Shown piece after piece: positions 1-8,609 of a stretch of DNA of 22,700 bases. The position numbers were made by a program, and so were the translations under genes. Positions within the stretch are counted from its first letter, which is position 1; each line of letters begins with the position of its first letter. The notes under the pieces were generated by a model that saw only the letters and a program-made list of their open reading frames with translations, had not been told where the DNA came from and made no database searches. This stretch comes from Archangiaceae bacterium (GTDB taxonomy: Bacteria > Myxococcota > Myxococcia > Myxococcales > Myxococcaceae): assembly GCA_043750125.1 (NCBI GenBank), contig JAYVCD010000001.1:1-22700 (forward strand), given 5' to 3'.

Positions 1-453
1 CGGGCTCACCTCGAGGCCCGCATCGGCGGCGGGAAGAATCTGCTCGTCCAGCTTGGGCACGGACGTGACGCTCTCGCGTTCCGGCTCGGGCAGCGGCACC
101 GGCAATCGCCACTGGGGAGTCATCGCTGCAATTGCGAGCGCGACAGTTCGGTTGCGTTCGCGCAGCGGGTCGCGGCGATCGAAAGTGAAAGTCCGACGCA
201 CCCACGTACCGGGCTTGAGCGCGACGCGCAGCAACAGCTTGCCTCGAGCGGGATTCGTCACCACCGCGACCGGACCCTTGCTGGAAGCGGCATCGAGCAT
301 CTTGTCGAGGTTACGGACTCCGTCGGCCCGGCGCACTTCGATCGAAACCTGCTCTGCGTCGAGCTGGGCGTTGAGCGTTGCCCGCAGTTGCCCCGAGCGA
401 ACTTCTCCGCCGCTCAGGCCGACCACCAGCAGCAATGCAACAGGGGCACCCAT
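1..453 (-). CDS. Hypothetical, probably exported protein; 5' part only, runs off the window edge
   Basis: Not in the ORF track because there is no stop in the window. Manual translation from ATG at 453 is open to base 1 (151 codons): MGAPVALLLVVGLSGGEVRSGQLRATLNAQLDAEQV...TWVRRTFTFDRRDPLRERNRTVALAIAAMTPQWRLPVPLPEPE. It has a hydrophobic N-terminus and a GAGGA upstream, and starts 38 bp after the cytochrome stop on the same strand. Confidence 0.75.
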   Translation of the reverse strand, partial: MGAPVALLLVVGLSGGEVRSGQLRATLNAQLDAEQVSIEVRRADGVRNLDKMLDAASSKGPVAVVTNPARGKLLLRVALKPGTWVRRTFTFDRRDPLRERNRTVALAIAAMTPQWRLPVPLPEPERESVTSVPKLDEQILPAADAGLEVSP

Positions 454-473
454 CTTCGAGGAATCCTCGAAGA
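453..473. promoter_or_regulatory. Perfect inverted repeat over the RBS and start of the leftmost gene
   Basis: TCTTCGAGGA-A-TCCTCGAAGA: 10-bp arms with a 1-nt spacer. On the minus-strand mRNA it contains GAGGA and the A of the ATG. Confidence 0.45.
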
Positions 474-491
474 GGAACGTTTACCACGCAG

Positions 492-3400
492 CTAGTTGGG
501 GATGCCGCCGTTCTGGTGGCAGATGTTGCAAGTCGCCGGGTTGGTCATCGGCGCACCGGTCGAGTGGGCAAACCTCCAGGCGGTCTTGAACGCGGCGCCG
601 GTGGTGGTGGTCGCCGTGCCGCCGGGCTCGCGGTGACACTGGTAGCAGCCGATGGGATAAAAATGTTTGGGGTAGGAAATTGCCCGGCTGTTGCCCTTGA
701 AAGAAGGCACCACGCTGGCGAGGGTGAAGGGGCGGGTATCACCGGCTCCGCTCGCGGTGGTGGGGGCGTTGTTCCACGGCGTGGCGACCAGGTTGCTGCC
801 CGCTTCGTGGCAGGCCGCGCAGTTGGGGTTGATCAGCGCGGTGGCCTTGTGATCGTAGCCCTTCGCCTGTTTCCCCCCCGAAGCCAACGCATGGCAGGTG
901 GTGCACGCCACCCCGGCCAGAACGGTGGGGTGAGGAAGATTGTTGATTCCAAGCTGGGTCGAAGCGCCGGTCGCAGGGGGCTGGGGAATCGTGAAACCTC
1001 CGACGGGAATGAACGTCGGAACGCCGCCCGCAGCTCCGAGCCAGTTGGGGGCCGCAGCGCTGCCCGAGCCTGGAAACGAGTGACATGCGCTGCAGTCGGT
1101 GCTGCCCGACGCGGCGGTAAAGGCAGTGTGACTCTGGCCGGTGTAGCCGGGGCCGGGCTTCACATTCAGGTGGCAGCTGCTGCAGCGGCCGGTGGTGCCG
1201 TTCATCACCAGCGGGTTGGCCGCATTGAAGTTCAGGTGGAAGGTGGCCACCGCCCATTCTTTCCCCTGCACCCCCGCCACGCTCGAAGCCCCGGCCTGGG
1301 TGTGACAGAACTTGCAGTCCCGGCTCGTGACGTTGCTGTCGGCGTGGTTGATCTGCGAGAGAGTCCCCGCGGGGACTCCGGTGCTGGCGCTGGCCGTCGT
1401 CACCCGGGTCGAATTGGTCAGACCCAGCGGCAGGTTGTTGTTCGTCCCACTGACCGCGCCACCGCCATTGGTCAGGCCGTGACACTCTTTGCAAGTCGCC
1501 GGGTTGGGAGACAAAGGATGGAAGGCCGTCGCCTTGTTCCAGGCGCTGCCGGTCTTCTTCGCATCGGCGGCGTGACAGACCACACAATCTTTTCCAGTCA
1601 CCAGGGCCGAGCCATGGTTCATGAACTGGGGCTTGTTGGTCGCGGTCGCTCCGAGGGGCATCGCGTAGATCACGCTGCTTTGGGTCGAAGCGTTGGGCAG
1701 CGGGTCAGAGCTGGCGTGGCATTCCAGGCAGGTCGTCGGCTGCGCAGTGACGCTCGGGTGCAGCAGGCCGGGCTGCCACAGGGTCGAAGCGATGGGAGTC
1801 GATGCGCCCTTGGCCAGCGCGCCCAGGTGGCAAGTCTTGCAGTTCTGGAAAGTGATCTGCGCTGAGCGGTGACGCATGCTGAACGTGGTGCCGAGGGTCA
1901 CGTCTGCGCTGACCGCGTCTGCCATGCCCGGGTAGTGGCAGACCGTGCAGTCGGTGGGAACTGCCGTGTTGATTCGCGCGTGGAGCCGACCATCGGACCA
2001 GACACCGCCGGGGCTGGTGTGGCAGGTCGAGCAGTCGAGCGGGCCCACCCCGTTGACCGTTTGGCCGTTGATCGTCACCGGCGCGGTGAAGAGGGCGCTG
2101 TGATCCATCGGCTGCAGAATCGAAGCGGCCTTCTCGACGATTCCGTTCGGTCTCATCTGCGAATGACAGCTGGTGCACAGAGTCGTCGGCTGGGCGATGG
2201 GAGCCACCGCTCCACCGGGCGTCGCGCGGTAGTTCGTCAGCGAGGCGTGGTATTTGCCGTTGGCGAAGGCGGTGACCGTTCCATTGGTGTTGGTGTGGCA
2301 GTGCCAACACTTGCTGTTGTCTGGGGCGTTGGTCGGCCCGGCATTCAGCGCGGCGGGCACGGCGGGCGAAATATGCAGCATCGCGTTGTAGAGCGTGGCG
2401 GTGGCTGAGCTCGTGCTGGTGACGAGGTTGTTGGCCCCTGAACGATTCAAGGTGAGCTGGGGGATCGAGATGAACTGGGTCGGTGAGCTGATCAACGTCG
2501 AGCCCGGGTAAGGCTGCCCCCCCTTCCAGTCTCCGTTGGGCAGCGCGCCGGTTCCCGGGTTGTTGTAGTTCACGTAGGTGTTGGCGGTGGCGGTGGCCTG
2601 GTGACAGCCGAAGCAGTCGCCGGTTCCGTTGACCGAATGGTCAAAACCCAACAGGGTGGCCATCGCCGCCGGAGTGGTGCCCGCCTGCAGGTCGGGCCGC
2701 TGACTGAGGTGACAGGAAATACAGGTGGTGGCCGACAAGCTCGCCGGACCGTGAACGAACTTGCCCCCGGACCAGTTCGAAGTGTTGGTGTGACAGCCCG
2801 CGCAGTCCTGCCCGGCGCCGTGGGTGATGCCCGAGCTGTTGGTCACGTAGTCGAACGGCGAATTGCGAAACGCGGGGTCGACCCAACCGGCGAGGCTCGT
2901 AGGTCGCTCTGAGGCGTGGCAGCTTCCACAGGTGGCGGGTACCGGAACGCCAGGCGCGTGCACCGTTCCACCGGACCAGGCGGCCCAGGTCGTCGCGCTC
3001 TTGAGGTGGCAGCCGGCGCAGTCGCCCAGCGCATCACCCACGCGGTGATCAAATTGAAGGTTGGCGGGAAGCCCATTGGCCGAAGTCAGAACGCTGTTCG
3101 GCCTGGAATTGGCGTGACAGTCGACACACGAGGCGACCAGCGGCTTGTTGGCGTTCTTCAGCGGCAGGTGGAACAGCGTCGGGCCGGCGTCGGTCTTGCC
3201 CGTCCCCCAGCTCGAAGCGAGCGCGGGCGTCGGCGCCGAATGGCAGACGCTGCAGTCGAACGGAACGGCGCGCGTCGTCCCCGGGGCGCCGTTGAGCCAG
3301 GCGACCGCGTCGTGCTTCATCTCACCCGACGCGGGATTTCGCACCGGGTTGGTGGCGGTCGGGCCGACGAACCCGGTCGGCGCGGAAGGAGCGTGGCAGC

Positions 3401-4199
3401 CCGAGCAGGTGGCCGGAGACGCCAGCGCGTGGTTGGCCAGAGACGAGTGCAGGTTTCCGGGGAAGAAGGAACCAGACGAGGCTCCTTCGTGGCAGTTGGC
3501 GCAGGCGGTCAGCGCGGCCGGCGTGACCTCGGTGGTCGCGTGGTTCATCGGCATCGACAGGCTCTGCACCTGGGGCGTCAGCCGCGAAATCGAGGTGCCG
3601 GCGTAAAAGGGAATCAGCGCATTGACGGTGATGTCGTTGGCGGGATCCGAGACGTTCGACGGGGCACTTCCGGCGTCGAGCCAGGTGGTCGTCACGTGGC
3701 AGGCGCCGCAGTCGGAATTTCCTTTCTCGGGGTGGGTGAACCCGGCCTTGGGCAGCCTGGCCCACGGTGTCGAGATGTCGTGGCAGGTGGCGCAGCTGCC
3801 GGCGATGTTCGCGTGGTCGTAGGGGACCTTCGCTCCAGCCGGGTGACAGCCCAGGCACGACTGACTCGAAAACCCGGCGTCCGCGCCATACTCGACGACG
3901 CTGCTGTGGAGCAGATCCGAAATCGACTTGTCGTGGGTGTGGCAGCTGGTGCAGGTGACCTCGGTGAAGCTGCTGCTGGTCGCGAGGTGGCACGACTCAC
4001 AGGAAAGCGGGCCATCGGACGGAACGACGGTGCGGCCCAACGCGTGGGCCGTGCCCGCGGTGATGGGAAAGAAGGTGTGGTTATCGCCGGTGATCCCGGT
4101 GGTCGGGGGTTTGATCCCTCCGGGTTTGGGCGAACAGCTGGCCACGGCAGCAATGACCGAAACGACGAACAACCATCGGAAATGATCGCGAAGGGTCAT
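492..4199 (-). CDS. Large multiheme c-type cytochrome lipoprotein, 29 CxxCH, 1235 aa; predicted outer-membrane/surface
   Basis: 29 CxxCH motifs counted by hand, each preceded by a candidate distal His. Signal peptide ends in lipobox VAS-C22. Ala/Thr/Ser/Gly/Pro/Asn-rich. Follows the beta-barrel gene. Confidence 0.93.
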   Translation of the reverse strand: MTLRDHFRWLFVVSVIAAVASCSPKPGGIKPPTTGITGDNHTFFPITAGTAHALGRTVVPSDGPLSCESCHLATSSSFTEVTCTSCHTHDKSISDLLHSSVVEYGADAGFSSQSCLGCHPAGAKVPYDHANIAGSCATCHDISTPWARLPKAGFTHPEKGNSDCGACHVTTTWLDAGSAPSNVSDPANDITVNALIPFYAGTSISRLTPQVQSLSMPMNHATTEVTPAALTACANCHEGASSGSFFPGNLHSSLANHALASPATCSGCHAPSAPTGFVGPTATNPVRNPASGEMKHDAVAWLNGAPGTTRAVPFDCSVCHSAPTPALASSWGTGKTDAGPTLFHLPLKNANKPLVASCVDCHANSRPNSVLTSANGLPANLQFDHRVGDALGDCAGCHLKSATTWAAWSGGTVHAPGVPVPATCGSCHASERPTSLAGWVDPAFRNSPFDYVTNSSGITHGAGQDCAGCHTNTSNWSGGKFVHGPASLSATTCISCHLSQRPDLQAGTTPAAMATLLGFDHSVNGTGDCFGCHQATATANTYVNYNNPGTGALPNGDWKGGQPYPGSTLISSPTQFISIPQLTLNRSGANNLVTSTSSATATLYNAMLHISPAVPAALNAGPTNAPDNSKCWHCHTNTNGTVTAFANGKYHASLTNYRATPGGAVAPIAQPTTLCTSCHSQMRPNGIVEKAASILQPMDHSALFTAPVTINGQTVNGVGPLDCSTCHTSPGGVWSDGRLHARINTAVPTDCTVCHYPGMADAVSADVTLGTTFSMRHRSAQITFQNCKTCHLGALAKGASTPIASTLWQPGLLHPSVTAQPTTCLECHASSDPLPNASTQSSVIYAMPLGATATNKPQFMNHGSALVTGKDCVVCHAADAKKTGSAWNKATAFHPLSPNPATCKECHGLTNGGGAVSGTNNNLPLGLTNSTRVTTASASTGVPAGTLSQINHADSNVTSRDCKFCHTQAGASSVAGVQGKEWAVATFHLNFNAANPLVMNGTTGRCSSCHLNVKPGPGYTGQSHTAFTAASGSTDCSACHSFPGSGSAAAPNWLGAAGGVPTFIPVGGFTIPQPPATGASTQLGINNLPHPTVLAGVACTTCHALASGGKQAKGYDHKATALINPNCAACHEAGSNLVATPWNNAPTTASGAGDTRPFTLASVVPSFKGNSRAISYPKHFYPIGCYQCHREPGGTATTTTGAAFKTAWRFAHSTGAPMTNPATCNICHQNGGIPN

Positions 4200-4252
4200 G
4201 GGGGCCTGTGAAGGGAGTCGCCTGAGCCGTTCAAGAACAGGCAGCCTTCATC

Positions 4253-5932
4253 TTAAAGTTGTCCTCCGATTTGAATCATTCCGCTTCCACCCAGGGGCGC
4301 CTGTAGGTCGGCGTCGGTGGGAGTGGGCTGCAGTCGCCCCATCGCCGTGCCCCGAAGCCACAGCCAGGACGTGATCGCCACGTCCGCCACCAGCGACGCA
4401 CCCACCTCTTGTCCCGCCAGCCCGGCGGACCCCGCGTCGAGCTGCTGATGAAACCAGCTGCCCCGGGTGAGGATCCGCAGCCGGCTGATCGGCACCACCG
4501 TCAGCTGCAACCAGGCGGTGCGACCGCGAAGCCAGCCCAACTCTTCCTGGTAGCCAACGGTGAGGGAGGCCGCGCCGCCAAACAACCGGGGCAACGTCAG
4601 CTCGGGTCCAAAGCGCGCCTGGGTCAGGACGCTGGTCAGATCATGCGCCAGCCCAGCGGTGGCCCCGAGCCAGAGCCAGGGCAGCAGCTCGACCACCGCT
4701 CCCGCGTCGGCATGAAGGGCGCGCTGCCCGGGAAGGGTGACCCCGAGGGGAATGGGCTCTGCCGCCACCGTTCCCTGGTAGCGCCCGCCGGCGAAGATTC
4801 GCACCGTCGGGGCCGGCCGCCAGCCCAGGTCGAGTCGAACCCCGTCGACGAAACCGGGCGCCGCGGCGAGCAGCAGCTGCAGGTGGACATCGAAGGTCCG
4901 GCTGAGCCAGGCATGCAGCGCCGCCCCCAGTTCCAGCCGTCCGGGGACGAGCGCGCGCACCGCGTAACCCAGATGGGCCTCGACCTGCAGCAGTGAGCCG
5001 AGCGCGCCTTTTCCCGATTCGAAGCGGGCCATCGCGTACGCGCCCACCGTCCATCGGTTCAGCGAAAGCCCCAGCGAGACGGGGTCCGGCAACAACCCTC
5101 CATAGGCCCCCAGCTGAACGGTGTCGTCGGCCGAACGCCAACCCGCCTGGGCTCCATCGACGATCAGCAGGCCGGGGGTGAAGCGGGTCCAGGTGCGGCC
5201 CAGCTGCGCGACGATGGGAATTGTGGTGGGACGCCAGGACAGCTCGAGCTGGCGCACTTGCAGCACCGGAGTCCCGGTCAGCGGCGATCGGAAATTTGGC
5301 GGGCGCCGACTGAAGTTGAGCACGCTCAAATCAACCGACGCGTGCAGCCCACGCCAGAGGTGTACGTCGTAAACCCCGACGTCGATTCGCTGGACCTGGT
5401 ACGGGCCCTGGGTCGAAGCGGCGTTGACCCAGCTGGTCTGCGAGAGGGCGACCGAAGCCAACCGGGTGCCGCTGTTCAACAGTCCCGCGGAGGACACGAA
5501 GTCGACCTGGGGCAGCGGCTGGGACGAAAGAATCTTGTTTCGTTCTTCGAGCTCGGCCTCGTCGGGCAGGGGCGGCGGCGCGCTGGGGGGAAGCGGGGGC
5601 TCGGCGCGCGCCACCGAGATTCGATCGCCGACTTTCAGCCCTTGCCCGGTGCAGGTGGCAAACCGCTCGGCCAATGCCGAAATGGTGCAGCGGCCCACCG
5701 AACGGCCCGAGCGGGTCACCGTCATTCCGGCGCCCGAAGTCAGGCCGTCGGCGCTGCCCCGATCGAGGTAGGCGGCGCTGGCAGTGAGGAAGGTCACCTG
5801 GCCCGACCCCTGACTGGAAGGGCTCGGTGAAACCGATTGAACCGGGGCGCGACGCTTGGCCGCGGGCCGCTTCCTGGGAGCGGCGGCCGCGCTGGCGCAC
5901 AGCAGCAGCACGAGCAAGGCGCCGGACTTCAC
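4253..5932 (-). CDS. Predicted outer-membrane beta-barrel (porin of a porin-cytochrome complex) with a small N-terminal beta domain, 559 aa
   Basis: Start reassigned to GTG 5932, which overlaps the upstream TGA (GTGA). This gives signal peptide MKSGALLVLLLCASAAAA. After a Pro-rich linker there are many amphipathic alternating strands (RIDVGVYD, VRLDLGWRP, LTVGYQEE, LVADVAIT), and the last strand is MIQIGGQL. Lies between multiheme cytochrome genes. Confidence 0.8.
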   Translation of the reverse strand: MKSGALLVLLLCASAAAAPRKRPAAKRRAPVQSVSPSPSSQGSGQVTFLTASAAYLDRGSADGLTSGAGMTVTRSGRSVGRCTISALAERFATCTGQGLKVGDRISVARAEPPLPPSAPPPLPDEAELEERNKILSSQPLPQVDFVSSAGLLNSGTRLASVALSQTSWVNAASTQGPYQVQRIDVGVYDVHLWRGLHASVDLSVLNFSRRPPNFRSPLTGTPVLQVRQLELSWRPTTIPIVAQLGRTWTRFTPGLLIVDGAQAGWRSADDTVQLGAYGGLLPDPVSLGLSLNRWTVGAYAMARFESGKGALGSLLQVEAHLGYAVRALVPGRLELGAALHAWLSRTFDVHLQLLLAAAPGFVDGVRLDLGWRPAPTVRIFAGGRYQGTVAAEPIPLGVTLPGQRALHADAGAVVELLPWLWLGATAGLAHDLTSVLTQARFGPELTLPRLFGGAASLTVGYQEELGWLRGRTAWLQLTVVPISRLRILTRGSWFHQQLDAGSAGLAGQEVGASLVADVAITSWLWLRGTAMGRLQPTPTDADLQAPLGGSGMIQIGGQL

Positions 5933-6828
5933 TTGATGACCTGCTGGTGACACTCGTAACAGCGGCGGTCTCCGCACTGGTACCCAGGTACCTTGGCGTG
6001 GATCTGGTCGGTGCGCAGCGTGCCGCCCGGGGCCGAGCACAGGTGCTCGTGACATTGGGTGCACGCGGCGGTGCCGGTGTTGCACGCGCGTCCCCCGGCC
6101 GTCGCGGACAGCGAGGTGTGGCAGCCCAGACAAGCGATGTTGGAATGGGCGCCGGTCGAAATCGGGTAGCAGCGATCATGGTCCGGGAAGCGGGCGGGCT
6201 TGAACCGAAACGCATTGTGACAAGAGCGACACGTGCCGGTGAAGCCGAGCGCCGCGTGGTCGAGCGGCGTGCCCTGGGTGCGCGCGAGGTCGGCCTGATG
6301 ACAGGCGGCGCACTCGACCGCCGCGCGGGCAAAGCGTCGCCCCGAGGTCGCTTCCGAGTGGCACTCGAGGCAGGGGATGACGGCGTGGGCGCCCACCAAC
6401 GGAAAGTCGGTGCGGCGGTGAGCGTCGGCTTCGAAGCGGGAAGCCCACGAGGCGGTGTCGTGACAGCCCTCGCATCGCGTCCCGAGATCTGCAGCGTGCA
6501 CGTCGGTGTGGCAGCCGCTGCAGGTAGTCGGGACCGGACGCTTGAAGTCCTGGGCGTGGCAGCCGCTGCACGAGACGCTCGAATGGCCGCCGGTCAGCGG
6601 AAAACCGGTGCGATCGTGGTTGAAGCGCACTTCGGTCCACGAGGTCGTGACGTGGCAGCGCGCGCAGGCAGTTTCCCCTGACGCGGCGTGACCCTGCCCC
6701 ATGCTTTGGGGCGCCAGCGGCAGGTTGAGCGGAGCATCGACGCTCTTCGCCGAGCTCGCAGCCCGGGGTTTGGCTTTCTGCGCAGGCGGGGCGGCGAGCA
6801 GGAATACCAACAGCGCGAAGGCCCTCAT
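5929..6828 (-). CDS. Exported decaheme c-type cytochrome, 299 aa
   Basis: Start reassigned to ATG 6828 (ATGA overlap with the upstream stop), giving hydrophobic leader MRAFALLVFLLAAPPA. 10 CxxCH. H-x3-4-(F/Y)P(L/I)-x1-2-G-x-H tri-heme repeats. Four extra non-motif Cys in the C-terminal module. Confidence 0.92.
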   Translation of the reverse strand: MRAFALLVFLLAAPPAQKAKPRAASSAKSVDAPLNLPLAPQSMGQGHAASGETACARCHVTTSWTEVRFNHDRTGFPLTGGHSSVSCSGCHAQDFKRPVPTTCSGCHTDVHAADLGTRCEGCHDTASWASRFEADAHRRTDFPLVGAHAVIPCLECHSEATSGRRFARAAVECAACHQADLARTQGTPLDHAALGFTGTCRSCHNAFRFKPARFPDHDRCYPISTGAHSNIACLGCHTSLSATAGGRACNTGTAACTQCHEHLCSAPGGTLRTDQIHAKVPGYQCGDRRCYECHQQVIK

Positions 6829-8609
6829 GGCTCGAACCCCTTCAGGCCGCCCTGATGAAAGTCCGAATGGCAGCTCTCGCATTCCTGCCCGAGCGGGCGG
6901 TATCGGACGGCCGACAGACCCTTCGCCAGCACTACCGGGCGATGACAGCCCTCGCACTTCACCGCCGAGTGCTTGCCTTCCAGCAGGTAGCTCGTGAACG
7001 GCGGCTGGTGGAGAAACTTCGTCTCGGTCCACGACTTCGTTTCGTGGCAACGCTCGCACTCGGTGGGGGCCCGGGGCGACTGGGCAAACTGGCCCGCGTG
7101 AATGTCGGCGTGACAACCGGCGCAGGTCATCGGCAGCGGCCGATATTGCACCGGGCTGTTGGGCGAAGGCGCTCCATGACATTTCTCGCAGGGCGTCGAG
7201 CTGTGCTTGCCGGTAAGCGCATAGCGGGTATCGCGATCATGGTTGAGCTTCACCTTCTTGAACGACGACAGCTGATGACAGCTGGCGCAGGGGTGGGCGT
7301 CGAGCTGGCCGCGATGCGCGTCCTTGTGGCAGCTGTCACACTTCTCGACCGGACGGGTCCACTCGAAGCTGGCGAGGCTGAACAGCTCGGGCCGCTTCTT
7401 GCGCTTGAGCTCGATGTGCAGCGACCTGGAAATCAACGCCGCGAGCGCGGGGGTCTTCAGGTGGCAGGCGTTGCAGGCCACCACCTGGTGCGCGCCCTCG
7501 AGGGGATACGAGGTGTCCTGGTGCTGGTCGAGGGTGAAGCGCGGTGGCATGAAGCCGTCGACGGTGTGACAGCTGCCGCAGTCCTCGCGCTTTTTTCCGG
7601 CCGCGCCCTTCATCTGGCCCAGGTGCGCGTCGGCGTGGCAGTTGGCGCACTGAGCGAAGGGCAGACCCTTGAACTTCGCCGGCTTTCCGGCAGAAGGCCC
7701 ATGGCAACTGACGCACGCCACGTCGAGGTGTTCCCCTTTGAGCGGGTACCGCGTCTTGTCGTGAAACGCGCGCTCGAGATTGGCGTTGCGCAGCAGCTTC
7801 CAGCCCTCGACGACGTGACAGCTCTGACACCGCTGCCCCAACTTTCCCTCGTGGGGGTCTTTGTGGCAGTCGGTGCAAGATCGGTTTTCGATCGGCGCGA
7901 GCTTCAGAAAGGTCTCAGAGACCGGCGGAGGAAAAGCGCTCTTCGGGGTGGTCTCGTCGCGGACCGAAGGGTGACAAGCTTCGCACTTCACCTTCAGGTG
8001 CTTGCCCTTGAGCGGATACCTGGTCTCGGCGTGGTTGAAGTCCGGAGCGGGATTCCACGCTTTGACGTCGTGGCACGCGCCGCAGTCGTCCCCGACCTGG
8101 CCGCGGTGATCATCGAAGTGACACGAGCGGCACTCGCGCGGCAGCCCGAGCATCGTCTTTCGTTCGGGGCTCTTGTCGAGCAGCTTGAGAATCGTGGGGT
8201 TGAAGATCCGCTTGCGCTCGTGACAGGTCTTGCACGCGACCTCGAGGTGCTTTCCCTCAAGCGGCCAGCCGCTGCGGTGGTGGTCGAAGCCCTTTTGCCC
8301 GCCGGCGCCCCAGTCGATCATCTCGAACGCGGCTCCGCGGTGGTCGGCGTGACACGACTCGCAGTTGCGCTTGTCGGACGCCATTCGCCCGTGAAGACCC
8401 AGGCCCTTCTCGACCCCGGGCTTGAGCTCGGTGTGGCAGCTCAGACAAGACTCTTGCGACAGCTGCCCTCCCGCCGGGTGGCACTGGGTGCATTGCGAAA
8501 TTCCTTCCAGCCGGGCGTGCGGTTTCGCCAGGTCTCCCGGCGAGAAGATGTCGGCGAAGGCAACTGCGGCCCAAAGCGCCGCAACCAGGCCCGGCGCAAT
8601 TCCTCTCAA
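6825..8609 (-). CDS. Periplasmic 20-heme c-type cytochrome built from tri-heme (c7/c3-like) repeats, 594 aa
   Basis: Start reassigned to TTG 8609 (TTGA overlap), giving Sec signal MRGIAPGLVAALWAAVAFA|DIFSPG. 20 CxxCH. Six repeats of H..(Y/W)xLxGxHxxxxCxxCH..CxxCHxDxHxG..CxxCH, the last lacking its third motif. Confidence 0.93.
   Translation of the reverse strand: MRGIAPGLVAALWAAVAFADIFSPGDLAKPHARLEGISQCTQCHPAGGQLSQESCLSCHTELKPGVEKGLGLHGRMASDKRNCESCHADHRGAAFEMIDWGAGGQKGFDHHRSGWPLEGKHLEVACKTCHERKRIFNPTILKLLDKSPERKTMLGLPRECRSCHFDDHRGQVGDDCGACHDVKAWNPAPDFNHAETRYPLKGKHLKVKCEACHPSVRDETTPKSAFPPPVSETFLKLAPIENRSCTDCHKDPHEGKLGQRCQSCHVVEGWKLLRNANLERAFHDKTRYPLKGEHLDVACVSCHGPSAGKPAKFKGLPFAQCANCHADAHLGQMKGAAGKKREDCGSCHTVDGFMPPRFTLDQHQDTSYPLEGAHQVVACNACHLKTPALAALISRSLHIELKRKKRPELFSLASFEWTRPVEKCDSCHKDAHRGQLDAHPCASCHQLSSFKKVKLNHDRDTRYALTGKHSSTPCEKCHGAPSPNSPVQYRPLPMTCAGCHADIHAGQFAQSPRAPTECERCHETKSWTETKFLHQPPFTSYLLEGKHSAVKCEGCHRPVVLAKGLSAVRYRPLGQECESCHSDFHQGGLKGFEP

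Noticed and set aside
4253-6828. Naming the decaheme and barrel mtrA/mtrB
   Set aside because: The heme count matches MtrA, but the heme spacing and FPLxGxH repeats are c7-like rather than MtrA-like. The barrel shows no MtrB features I can recognise.
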